DNA of 25,983 bases from a virus (lineage: Duplodnaviria; Caudoviricetes). A program made the translations under genes and the position numbers. The notes under the pieces were generated by a model, which worked only from the letters and a program-made list of their open reading frames with translations, was not told the DNA's origin and searched no databases. The stretch spans positions 1 to 25,983 of IMG/VR virus record IMGVR_UViG_3300005758_000053, one strand, 5' to 3'. This document shows, piece by piece, positions 1 through 10,100 of the stretch (its first letter is position 1; every line of letters starts with the position of its first letter).

Positions 1-1842
1 CAGTGCGGTAACGCCATACTGATGGCCTTCGTCTGTTTCAGCAATAGACAGCACCCGCCATGTTGATGCTTGTATATTGTTGGTTTGATACACCCATACG
101 CTGTTTACATTGGGTGCAGCGCTATAGTTGCTAGCAACAATGATTTCGTCGCCGACGATAGCTTGAACTGCGCGAGATTCAACGGCGCCGGTCGGCAGGA
201 TGACCGACAACTCAGCACCGGCTACAGCCGACAATCCGGTGGCGTCATCTACGGTGATTGTTGACGTTGTAGCCGCCGCGATGCGGCCGCCGCGACGGAC
301 GCCAGCCCTCAGCGGGTCTGCTACCTCAATCACCTGGCCAGGGCGAACGAGCACACCAGCATCAAGGCTTGTTGTGAAGCTGATCACCTCTGATTCGTAC
401 TGCTCGGAATAGAGCAGCCATTCACCCAAGCGATGCGCCTGCCCGCGACTGGTGCAAGCGAAAGCGTCTACTTCTTCCTTGACAACACCGTATTTGCTAA
501 TGCCATCTTGATCCTCGACTACCTCATAAGCCTTCTCGCGTGTTTCAAGATCAAGGTAGCTAACAACTGCAACAGTGGGCCTTGCTTTGCGACTGCCTCC
601 TTGGTAGCTGAAACCTTCTGCCGTGACATTTGCTAGCGTAAACAGGTATGCGCTATCAGCCGGCCTGTCTTGGCTAATTGTTAGCGTTCCAGTACCCCAG
701 TAGGGCATCACACGCATGACACTGCATAGATCATTTATCAGCTTGTACGCTTCGGTTTGCGTCTGGATGTTGACATTGCAGCTAAAGCGTGGCTCCGTGC
801 CACCGAAGCCATTAGGCACAAGCTCGCTGGCATATTGTGACGCTGTGTAAAATGCCCACTTATCAAGCTGTGTTGCTTTGACGTGATCGCCAAAACCGTA
901 TCTAGTGCTGATTAGCAAGTCAAATAGCACCCAGGCGGGATCGCTGCACCATTGCGCAGCGCCAAAAGTGCCATCCCAGATTCCATTGTAGATTAGTCTG
1001 CCGCTTGCGCTATCTACAGTTGCATTGCTTGGGATTTGTATCTTAATCCCGCGAATATGGTAAGCGCGGGAAGGAATATTGCTAAACTGCTCCGCATCAA
1101 GCCGTAGCGCGATTAACGCGCTATTTGGGTATCGCAACTTTGCGTATATGATTTCAGTGTACGAAGTCCACTGAAATGCGCTAGATGATTCGATTACGCT
1201 TGAGTCTTGTTGAATACGAATACTATCTGATACTGAAATGCGTGTTACGCGGATGTCAGCAGTGGTGAAACCTGCATTTAGGTCAAGAATATAATCTGTT
1301 TGAAATGCGTCCGCTGTGCGCCCTGAAATAGAATCTGTAATAATGGTTGTAAAACCACCCCCATCATACTGCACGGCAATGGAATAAGTAACGGATAAAC
1401 CATAGATATTGCCGTCTTTCGTGCTTTGCTGCAACTGCGGAATTGTCAATGTAACACGCACTGCGTTTATATTGGGATCTGTGATTTGACGTGTTACAGG
1501 AGTGCCATATTGCACCTCAACACCAACAGATACCTCGTCCTCTACGTCAGGAGCAATGGCTATGTAGGACTGATTCTGCGTACCGTTGCGTGTTTCAACG
1601 GTGATACCTTGGAAGTTATAGGAGCCGTCTGGATTCTGAAGTGGCGTGTCGTTTAAGATGATTGACTGATGGCCGGCTTTCAAGCCTTGGATTTCGCCTT
1701 CGCTGATCAGATCAAGAAGTGTCGCGTACTGCCGTGAATCAAGACTGTCGCCCGCGACTGTTGGAGTGCGCTGCGTCTCTGCTCCCGAGCCACTGCCGCC
1801 GCCGCCACCACCGCCACCAGCGCCAGCGATCAATCTACCCAT
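1..1842 (-). CDS. Tail tip / host specificity protein, lambda gpJ-like (3' end truncated by window edge)
   Basis: Absent from the ORF track because it runs off the edge. ATG at 1842 overlaps the upstream TGA (TGATG). Reads MGRLIAGAGGGGGGGSG...LLDLISEGEIQGL...WCSDPAWVLFDLLISTRYGFG...WRVLSIAE, typical J-family motifs. Both ends are in the same frame; I spot-checked rather than translated every codon. Follows the I gene as in lambda. Confidence 0.93.
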   Translation of the reverse strand, partial: MGRLIAGAGGGGGGGGSGSGAETQRTPTVAGDSLDSRQYATLLDLISEGEIQGLKAGHQSIILNDTPLQNPDGSYNFQGITVETRNGTQNQSYIAIAPDVEDEVSVGVEVQYGTPVTRQITDPNINAVRVTLTIPQLQQSTKDGNIYGLSVTYSIAVQYDGGGFTTIITDSISGRTADAFQTDYILDLNAGFTTADIRVTRISVSDSIRIQQDSSVIESSSAFQWTSYTEIIYAKLRYPNSALIALRLDAEQFSNIPSRAYHIRGIKIQIPSNATVDSASGRLIYNGIWDGTFGAAQWCSDPAWVLFDLLISTRYGFGDHVKATQLDKWAFYTASQYASELVPNGFGGTEPRFSCNVNIQTQTEAYKLINDLCSVMRVMPYWGTGTLTISQDRPADSAYLFTLANVTAEGFSYQGGSRKARPTVAVVSYLDLETREKAYEVVEDQDGISKYGVVKEEVDAFACTSRGQAHRLGEWLLYSEQYESEVISFTTSLDAGVLVRPGQVIEVADPLRAGVRRGGRIAAATTSTITVDDATGLSAVAGAELSVILPTGAVESRAVQAIVGDEIIVASNYSAAPNVNSVWVYQTNNIQASTWRVLSIAETDEGHQYGVTAL

Positions 1843-2453
1843 CAGCCGCGCACCCTTACGGTGTCGATACCAGCGCTGATGACAACGCTGCCGACGATGG
1901 TTTCACCGTAGACGATCGGTACGGGAACGCCTTGACGGCTGGTGTTTTGGATGCCGCTGAAGCTGAAGCTTTCGCGTGGGTCTGCCTCGCGGTTGCCGCT
2001 TGTGCCTGGTGCCGCTAGGCGCGGTGTTGGCGTCAAGAGTTGGGAGACGCCACCCAGCACCAAGCTGGCGCCGATAGCAAGCACAGGCGCCGCGAACGCA
2101 GTTAGTCCAATTGTGCCTAGACCAAAAAGACCAATGGTTGAGCCAGGCAGTGCAAATGAAAGCGCAATCAGCGCCACCCCTGCAATGATCTTGCCAACGC
2201 CACCGCCAGCACCACTGATCACCGGCATAATCTTGATTGTCTGCTGCCCTACGGGATCCGCTAGTTCATCCTCGCCGAGGTCATGGGTGCCGACACTGAC
2301 GCGGTAGTGCTGGTCTGCCATGTGATGCTCCAGGCCAGGGAAGTTGACAGCCAGGAAGCGCACAGCCTCGGCGGCACTATCAACTGCCGCCTCAAAGGTG
2401 CGCTGCCCGAGGAACTTGGCCAGTCGGCCATAAACGCGGATCTTGCGCAGCAT
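1842..2453 (-). CDS. Tail assembly protein, lambda gpI-like (ubiquitin-like N-terminus)
   Basis: [16 protein letters not shown]...IKIMPVISGAGGG, then a hydrophobic stretch, then SFSFSGIQNTSRQGVPVPIVYGETIVGSVVISAG. Start moved from 2519 to ATG 2453, which overlaps the K stop (TGATG). Confidence 0.92.
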   Translation of the reverse strand: MLRKIRVYGRLAKFLGQRTFEAAVDSAAEAVRFLAVNFPGLEHHMADQHYRVSVGTHDLGEDELADPVGQQTIKIMPVISGAGGGVGKIIAGVALIALSFALPGSTIGLFGLGTIGLTAFAAPVLAIGASLVLGGVSQLLTPTPRLAAPGTSGNREADPRESFSFSGIQNTSRQGVPVPIVYGETIVGSVVISAGIDTVRVRG

Positions 2454-3175
2454 CACCGAAGCTTGAGCCTGCCCGCATCGTAGTGCCGCAGCCTGCGGCC
2501 GGTGCATTTCATCAGCCAACCGCCGTAGAGATCACGACTGCTAAGCCGACCGCGCAGGTGGTGCAGTACCAGCTGATCGCCGACGTAGACGCCAGCATGA
2601 TTCAGCTTGCTGTTGTCGATCGCCATCAGCAGTGCATCACCAGCCTGTAGCGATTCATCTTCTAGTAGCTCGCGAAAGCCTGCAGAGTGCCAGTAGCGGT
2701 CAAACAACGGATCCGCTTCAAACGCTTTTGGCGTTAGCGGTCGCTCCCAGTCCGGCAGCTGCAAACCATGCTCGGCGTACCAGTCGCGGGTCAGCGTCCA
2801 GCAGTCCATTACAGCCCACACCCACGGCCTACCGATCAGCGGCGGCTTGTAGCCGGTTGGACGCAGCTCTGCGCTCCATGCGCCGGTTTTGGGGTTGCAG
2901 ATGTGCCACGGCAACCCGGAGCGCTCGATGCCGGCGAGGTCTGCAGCGCTTGGCACCGGCGGCAATGCTGGGTGGCTATGCACCACAGCGACGATTTCAC
3001 CGGCGTCCTCGGCAGCGGCATAATCCTCAGGATCAAGGATGAACTGATCAGCCTCGGTGGATAGGTTTCGGCATGGCCAGTAGCGGCGGCGGCCTTTGAC
3101 GACCACCAGCAGACCGCATGATTCACGCGGATCCTCAGCCTGCGCGTGCTGCAGCGCCGCATCTTGCCATGTCAT
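2453..3175 (-). CDS. Tail tip assembly protein, lambda gpK-like (JAB/MPN + NlpC/P60 domains)
   Basis: JAB motif PRESCG...HSHP-x6-SAAD; NlpC/P60 motifs DCW...NHAGVY...LHH; sits between L and I. Confidence 0.94.
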   Translation of the reverse strand: MTWQDAALQHAQAEDPRESCGLLVVVKGRRRYWPCRNLSTEADQFILDPEDYAAAEDAGEIVAVVHSHPALPPVPSAADLAGIERSGLPWHICNPKTGAWSAELRPTGYKPPLIGRPWVWAVMDCWTLTRDWYAEHGLQLPDWERPLTPKAFEADPLFDRYWHSAGFRELLEDESLQAGDALLMAIDNSKLNHAGVYVGDQLVLHHLRGRLSSRDLYGGWLMKCTGRRLRHYDAGRLKLR

Positions 3176-3852
3176 GCGTTGAAGGCCCCCACACCAGGGA
3201 ACGAGCCAAATGGCAGCTCAGCGTAAGTACCGAAGTGTGCCTTGCACGCTGCTAGGGTCTTATCGCATGTTGCTAAGCCGCCGGTGTAGCCGCACTCGGT
3301 TGATTTGTAGACCCATTGACATACGTTGGCTATGCACTGCCGCTTTGGTGCGCGGATGCCCGCTAGGTCAAACGCTGCCGCTAACTCAAACTCTATAACG
3401 TCGCGTGTTTCGACTACTTTGCGGTCAACGTAGTAGATTTCACGCGGTAATTCAGCAGTTGGATCCGGTGCGCCGTATGGGTTGGTGTTGCCGGGAAAGT
3501 TGGCTCCGTCGATGTAGCGGGCTAGTGTACGCACCCGCGTAAACTTGGCACCTTCTAGACCGCTTGGCAGGCTGAGCAGCAGCGCGGTGATAGTGCCCAT
3601 GATGTTGCTGACCTGCACCTTAGGGCGCGGCAACTGGCCATTGCCGCTGTACTCAAACCCCGTCGCTTCAATCGGAAACCGCATATAGTTGTTACCGTTC
3701 CATACTACTTCGCCATTGGCATTAAGTGAGCTGCCGGCGTGGAACCGATACGTTTGCGTTACACCATGCTGCGCTGTATTTAGCTCAAGCTCAAACAGCT
3801 CGATGATGGCGCTAGGCGCAATCGCTTGGAGATCGGAGACGGGTACTGTCAT
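3172..3852 (-). CDS. Minor tail protein, lambda gpL-like
   Basis: IELFEL...[18 protein letters not shown]...RTLARYID...[10 protein letters not shown], plus a C-terminal Cys cluster [12 protein letters not shown]...CDKTLAAC...PFGSFPG (the Fe-S-binding Cys pattern of gpL). Confidence 0.94.
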   Translation of the reverse strand: MTVPVSDLQAIAPSAIIELFELELNTAQHGVTQTYRFHAGSSLNANGEVVWNGNNYMRFPIEATGFEYSGNGQLPRPKVQVSNIMGTITALLLSLPSGLEGAKFTRVRTLARYIDGANFPGNTNPYGAPDPTAELPREIYYVDRKVVETRDVIEFELAAAFDLAGIRAPKRQCIANVCQWVYKSTECGYTGGLATCDKTLAACKAHFGTYAELPFGSFPGVGAFNA

Positions 3853-4196
3853 GGCTCAAATACTTGTTGAAAAGCTACTGTAAGTCTGCTGACTCCAACA
3901 TCAAACATTTCTTTTGAGTAGCCTCCTTCGCATTTCCATTTGTACGAAGTTGATTCTTCGTCTGGTGGAATCCAGTCAAACGACTGTGAATCATTTGCTC
4001 TTTGATCTAGGAATGCTTCGATAATCTTTACGTCGCTGTTTGGCAGGATAAAAGTTAGCGACCATTCCTTTGGATCTTGGTTTAAGCCGAAAACAGTCCT
4101 TTGCTCATATCCATCCCCGAACTTGGTCGTTCGGGTTTTTGGGTTTGATTTTTTGGTGGCCGAGTATGTCGGCCTGTAATTTGGAAAAGTGGCCAT
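3849..4196 (-). CDS. Minor tail (distal tail) protein, lambda gpM-like
   Basis: KFGDGYEQR..FGLN...IEAFLD...FDWIPP...FQQVFEP; directly after the tape measure gene. Confidence 0.93.
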   Translation of the reverse strand: MATFPNYRPTYSATKKSNPKTRTTKFGDGYEQRTVFGLNQDPKEWSLTFILPNSDVKIIEAFLDQRANDSQSFDWIPPDEESTSYKWKCEGGYSKEMFDVGVSRLTVAFQQVFEP

Positions 4197-7100
4197 TACG
4201 CAAGGAGTCCTCCGGGTCGTTTTTGCCTGATCAGCTCTTGCTGCACTGCCGCTCCAATGACGCGGCCGAGCTGGGCGCCCTGCGCCTCGTCGCCCTGAAC
4301 CTTAGACCCGCTGGCATCGACAGAGACATTCACCATGACACTGCCTCCGCCAGCGCCACTCGCATCAACCCCGAGCCGACCACCAGGCCCCCTGGTAAGG
4401 GGCATGATCGCCTCTGGGCCTGCCTCGCCCATGAGCCCAGTTTCCATTGAGGCGCCATCGGCAAACTTAAAGAGGGTTGGCGAGGAGACAATTGAATTGG
4501 TGAACGCGGCACCATTGGCGAATCCTTGGACACCGCCAATTGATGGCGCCTGGCTCCAGTTAATTCCCAGATTTCCAAATAATCCACTTCCACCGCCGCC
4601 CCAGTTGGTGCTTTGGATAGGCGTTGCACTGGCATCAAAAAACTTGCTGCCACCGCCGCTAAGTCCAGCAAAGATCCTGGCGATTCCAATTGCGGTGTAT
4701 GTGGCAATGATGTTTACGGCCTCTTTTGCCAGAATTTCTGCAACGCTCTTTAGGAAGCCTGCAAATACCTCTTGGCCGGTAGCCGTGCCATCAAGAAGTC
4801 CGGTCACAAGCTGCCCGAAGGAATCTCCAACAGCGTTTCCGATTCCTTGCGATACCCTGATGGCCGTCGCCTCAAGATCATTCAAGGAAGAAATTCCTTG
4901 ATTGACAAAATCTTCAATTTCATTTCTACGCTCTTTTTGAATAAGCTGAGGGGTGAAGGACTGAATTGCACCAGGTATTCCAGCTTTTGCTCCCTCAAGT
5001 AATGCAGCCTGTCTGTCCAGGCTCGCCCTAATTACAGTGCCTAGCTCGGCCGAGTATCCAGTTATACCAGCGATGCTTCCATCAATTTCTCTTCGTCTTT
5101 TCTCTGTGATTCCGGGAATTCTTTTTTCAACTTGCAATGCCTCGATTCGACTGTTGAGAATTGCTCTCTGAGTTTTAAGAGCTTCGTCATAGTATTTTTG
5201 GCTTCTTAGCTGTTGAATTGCTGCATCGTATTGAGCGGTCGCAAGTTTTCCTGCCAATTCAAGCTCAATTATTTTATTTGCAACACTTTCCTTGTAGCCC
5301 TGGTTAATTAGCTGTGAATACCTGGCTCGCCGCTGCTCATTTTCTGTAATTTTATTTGAAACTGGCAGAGCTTCTTTGTTGTCCAGTGGTATGGCAACTC
5401 CAAGATCCGCCAACGGAGCAAGAATTTCTGCCGAAATTTTACTAATTCCCGAGGCAAGGGCTTCCTGAGAGTCTGCATAGGCAAAATTAACTGATCTCAG
5501 CATTTCGGCAGTTTGCCCGGCAATCTGATCGCGCTGGGTCTTAACCAAGCTGTCAATACTTCCGGTTGAAATAGTTCCGCCACCGACCGGGGCAATTGTC
5601 GTCAAATTTGCAGGCGGCTTAAGATTTTTTATTTCGGCAATGCCTTCTGATATGATTTTTTGCTGTATGTATTGCAAATCAAGCTGCTGCTTAAAATACA
5701 ACTTATCTCCCTGTTTAGCCGTTTTCAAAAGCTCCTTGAGTGCTGCAATATCCCTATTTATGTCTATTTTAACTGCAGCAAGCTTAAGTTCCGCAATTTT
5801 TTGTTCTAATTTGAATTTATTGCTGCTATATTCTTCGTTTCTTCTTTGTGCTTGCTCGTTAATTTGTCTGATCTGCTTTGCCGTGTCAATATTAAGTTTT
5901 GAAACTTGTTTTTCAACTTCTATCTTGAAATTTAGCGCCTCAAAGTCAAGTTTTTTCGCTTCTAGCGCTGCGTCACGCTTTATTTTTGCTGCTTTTTCTT
6001 CGGTAGAAAGTTGCTCAATCAGGAATGTTGACACTATTTCTGCTGTTTTTTTCGCAATATCTTCTATTTCTTTTGGCTTTCCGGCTCCGGCTTTCTCAAT
6101 TGAGGTTTTTGTGAATCGCTCAAACTCTTTAATTCTGTTTTCAGCCTGAAGTTCGAGCAGTGAGTTCTCTTTTTCAAGAATTGCAAAGCGACGCTGAGAA
6201 ACTTCATTTTCAATTTGCTTGCGAATCTGTCCAATATTCTCTTCGTAGGACTCAATAATTTCAAATCTTTGCTTATCAAGATCCTGCTGTTCGCGTGCCG
6301 CGTTGCGGGCCTGATCTATAACATTTTTGCCAATATCTCTAAGCTCAAGCTCCTTATTTTTGATATTTATTTGCGTTTCAATAGCCTCTTTTGGGGTAGG
6401 CTTTATGTTTGCCAGCGTTGCAGACTCAAATCTATCAATAATTTCCTTAATTTTTTCTGGCTTAATCCTGGATATTGTGTCAATAAAAACATTTAGCTCA
6501 TTATCAAAAAGTCCTGCCGGCACTTTTTCCGATGGCAGCCTTGAACTTTCCGCAAGACCGCCGGCTCTGGCAATTTCCCTGTCGAGGATTTTCTGCTGCT
6601 CAGAGCTAAGCCCTCCCCTAACTGCCTTTAGTCTATTTGCAACGACAGCTGGTTCAAGAACATATACGTTAAGTGCGTCAAGCAGAGATCCGAGTGGGCC
6701 AGCGATAAATGCCTGAATTCCCACGCCAACTTCTGCAAATGATCTGCCCAGCTTGTCGGACTGAGTTTCCAAATATTTCAAATTTTTGACACCATTAACG
6801 CCGACTTTTTTAATTGCCTCTTGTTGAATCAGGGCAGAAGCGAATGATGCGTTGCCAGATTGAATTGTTCTTTTAATCAGCTCTTCTTGCCCCCTGGAAG
6901 AGAAGAACGATTTTTCAGCAAGTTTGTCAAAGTTTTCTACTGGTTTCTGAAGAGCGGCACCAAGCTCCTTGGCGCCTTGAACAGCAGTATCAAATGCAGT
7001 GCCAAGAGCAGTGCCAATCAGGGACAGGCCAAAACCAAGGCCGCCACCAGCAAAACCACCAGCAAAACCGCCAAGGCCGCCGCCAACCGATGCCCCGAGT

Positions 7101-10100
7101 CCCTGGCCAAACAGCAGCGGGAACGCGCCACCAATCAATCCCTCGCTGATGGCATTTGCCTTGCGCGGATCTCTCGTGAATCTCGTCAAGAAGCCCGCGT
7201 CAGGAGCCCTTACCTGCCCTTCACGATCAATTTTTGCAATTGTCTCGCGAAGCTGGTCGTCAAGGCGATCAAAGCCTTTCGCGGTTGGATCAAGAACTGC
7301 CCTAAATTCTTTCAATACGGCAGAAAGGGCTTCTATCTCATTGATAGATGCTTTCGTGGGATCCCTCAGCTCCTCCAGGCCCAGCAGCGCCTCTGCCCCC
7401 TTCTTCGTTGCCTCGTCAAGCCTCCGGGCAAACTCCTCCGGGTCTTTCTGGCCGCCAGGGCCGCCGGGGCCACCAGGGCCGCCACCAGAGGGGGGACGGG
7501 TGCCGCCACCAGCGCCGAAGCCGCCGCCAATGCCGCTCGCCGCGCTCTGGGCCTTGTCGATTGCTCGATCAATTTGAGCGAACAAGAAATCGAAGGCTTT
7601 TTCGGCCTTTGTTCCTTTTATTTTGGCAAGGAAGGCATCGGCGCCCTTTTTGGTCTTATCTGCAACGAAGTCGAAAGCCTTGCCTGCCTCTGTTTTTTTT
7701 ATCTTTTGGCTGGCTTTATCGGCGGCTGTTCCTATGTTACTTGAAATCGAGTCAATTGCTTGGCCGACTTTTGATTCCTGTATTTTCTTGACGCCATTTT
7801 TTGCGGCTATGCCAATATCCGTAAAGACGGAATCAATTGTTTTTTTAACTTCTGCGCCAATGGCTGTCTTTTCTTGAATTTGTTGTGCTGCCTGAGCTGG
7901 TTGAACTTCTGGTATGGGTTGAGCCGCTGGAGCGGGCACAAGGCTTTTTCCAGCAATCCGCATTGCTGTGTCTTCTGCCATGATCGCGGCCTGTCTTTCG
8001 GCAGAGCGTCGATATGCCTCTTCGATTCGCCGCCTTTGCTTATCGTCCTCCGCGACTATTTCCCCGGCTCCAGCAATTTGTGCCTGGCCTGGAATTGTAG
8101 TGAGAGAAGACGAGCCTGCAATAATCTCCTTGGCAGCCTTTGACGCGGCGCCGAGGATTATTGATTTAATCTTGTTTTCTATTTCTGGTATGTCATTGCC
8201 CTGTTCAACAAGGCTCCATTGCTCTTTGCCAAACATTTTTTCAAAATCTGGCACCATGCCAATTTTCTTGAAGCCGGCCAGCCATTGCTCTTCTGAAATT
8301 CCAAATCGACCCGCACCTTGGCCACGAGCATTCCCATACAGCCTCGCCATCCTTTCTGGGCTCGTGCCATAGGCAGCTGGAATTTGCTCTTGCGCTGTTT
8401 TTGGAATAGCAGCAGAGACGGCAGCCTTGGCTTGCTCAACAAACGCTGAAAAGATATTTGGCTGGCGAATGTCTACCAGTCTTGGGGCTTTTGCGCGTGA
8501 GCCAGTAGTGTATGTAGTCTCTGCGTCAAAAATAGACTTAAATCTGTCTTGCAGCTCTTGGTCTGCTTTTTGATTTTTAATTTTATAGAACTCTTGCTGA
8601 GTAAACAGTTTATTGAAATCCGGTACGCCGCCAAGTCGCGTAAACAAATTACTCCATTCAGCCTCTGACATTCCAGCGAATCCAGCCCCGCCAAAAGCCT
8701 TGGCCTGCCCCGCCATTACGCTTGGATCAGTTTCGCCAAGAGGAACAAGCATTCCCTTTCCAGCCTTGCTTGATCCAAATTTTTTCGTTAAATCGGCACT
8801 TGCCTGCACTAGAGTCGCAATAATATCAAGGCCACTTGTTAAATTTTTGATAGCCAGTTCAATTTCTTGTGCGCTAAAGACGGCCTCTCCGGCTTCCCTG
8901 CCTATTCCATAAAACTGTTTGTAAATATCTTGGACTACCTTAAGCTCTGTCCCAACATTTCCGACAGAAAGCTGGCCCTCCGCTGCCTTAAAAAACTTTT
9001 CTCCAAGAAATTCCTGTAATTTTGCTGGGTTAAGTATTGTTCCCTTTTGTGCAATATAGCCTGCCATTTCCTCTGCTGACACTTTTTTTCCAGAGCCTTC
9101 GCTTAGCAGGGCGGCGCCGGCCTTTGCGCCGGCATCCAGCAGGCCTTGGCTCGTTTTTTCGTCTATCACCCTTCCACTAAATCCTTTAAGGGTTTTTTCG
9201 TCAATTGAAAAAGCCTTTCTCGCCGCCTCCTGAATTGTTGGAGTTGCTTCTCTTAACTGATCAACATAAGTCGTTACAAGATTTCTAACAAGTTCAATCA
9301 TGAACCGCGACGGGCTATTGATTCCAAATTCCTTGTTTATTGCGTCAGTAGACCCCTCTGCCATCTTCTTCGCAGCAGCTGCGGCAGCTGGCGTGCTGGC
9401 TTCAAGGCTATTTGCAAAAGTTTCGGCAATGTTCTTGCCGGCATCATCGGCACTTTCCCCGCCGGAGTTGAATTCTCTTACAATCTTGTCAATAGCCACT
9501 GCCGGAGAGGCGCCAGCAAGGAAGGCTTCTCTTGAGCCGCGAGCCTCCCTGAGCTTTTGCAGCGCTTGCTCAAGGCCAGGGCCTGACTTGGAACCCTTGC
9601 CGAGGCTATTGCCGAGATCATCAATGGCCCTCCTATACACCATTAGCGCTTCAGCCGCTTCGCGCACGCTGTCAGCGGTAGCGCTACCTTGAAGCTTCTG
9701 GATGTTCAGGATTTGCTCTTCAAGGCCTTTTCTCAGGTCGGCAACATCAACTCCCTTGCGGCCAAGCTTGAGAAGCCTTTCTTCTTGAGTTCTTGCGCTC
9801 TTGAGAACCCTTTCCCTTCTGTCTTCGTTTATTTCTGCTTGTGTCTTGCCGGATGGACCGCTCTTGTATGTTCCAGCTGTCTTGGCTTGGCTCACCCTAA
9901 GATCAGAGTAAAGCCTGAATTTTTTAATTAGCTCGTCAATGGCTTCTGTTTCTTGCTTGGTTAGGGCTATCTGATTATTGGAGAGCCCGCTAACAAGCTC
10001 GGCCAGCTCCGCTTTTTCCTCCATAAACTTAACGCCCTTGCCTTCAAGAATCGTATAGTTATTGAGCTGCGTTTCCAGCTTTGTCAACTGATTTTTGCGA

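Noticed and set aside
70-1656. Short plus-strand ORFs in a region that looks empty in the track
   Set aside because: The region is occupied by the minus-strand gpJ-like gene, which the track omits because it is truncated.
2454-2519. 22-aa N-terminal extension of gpI
   Set aside because: Overlaps the conserved end of K; ATG 2453 gives TGATG coupling and a family-typical start.
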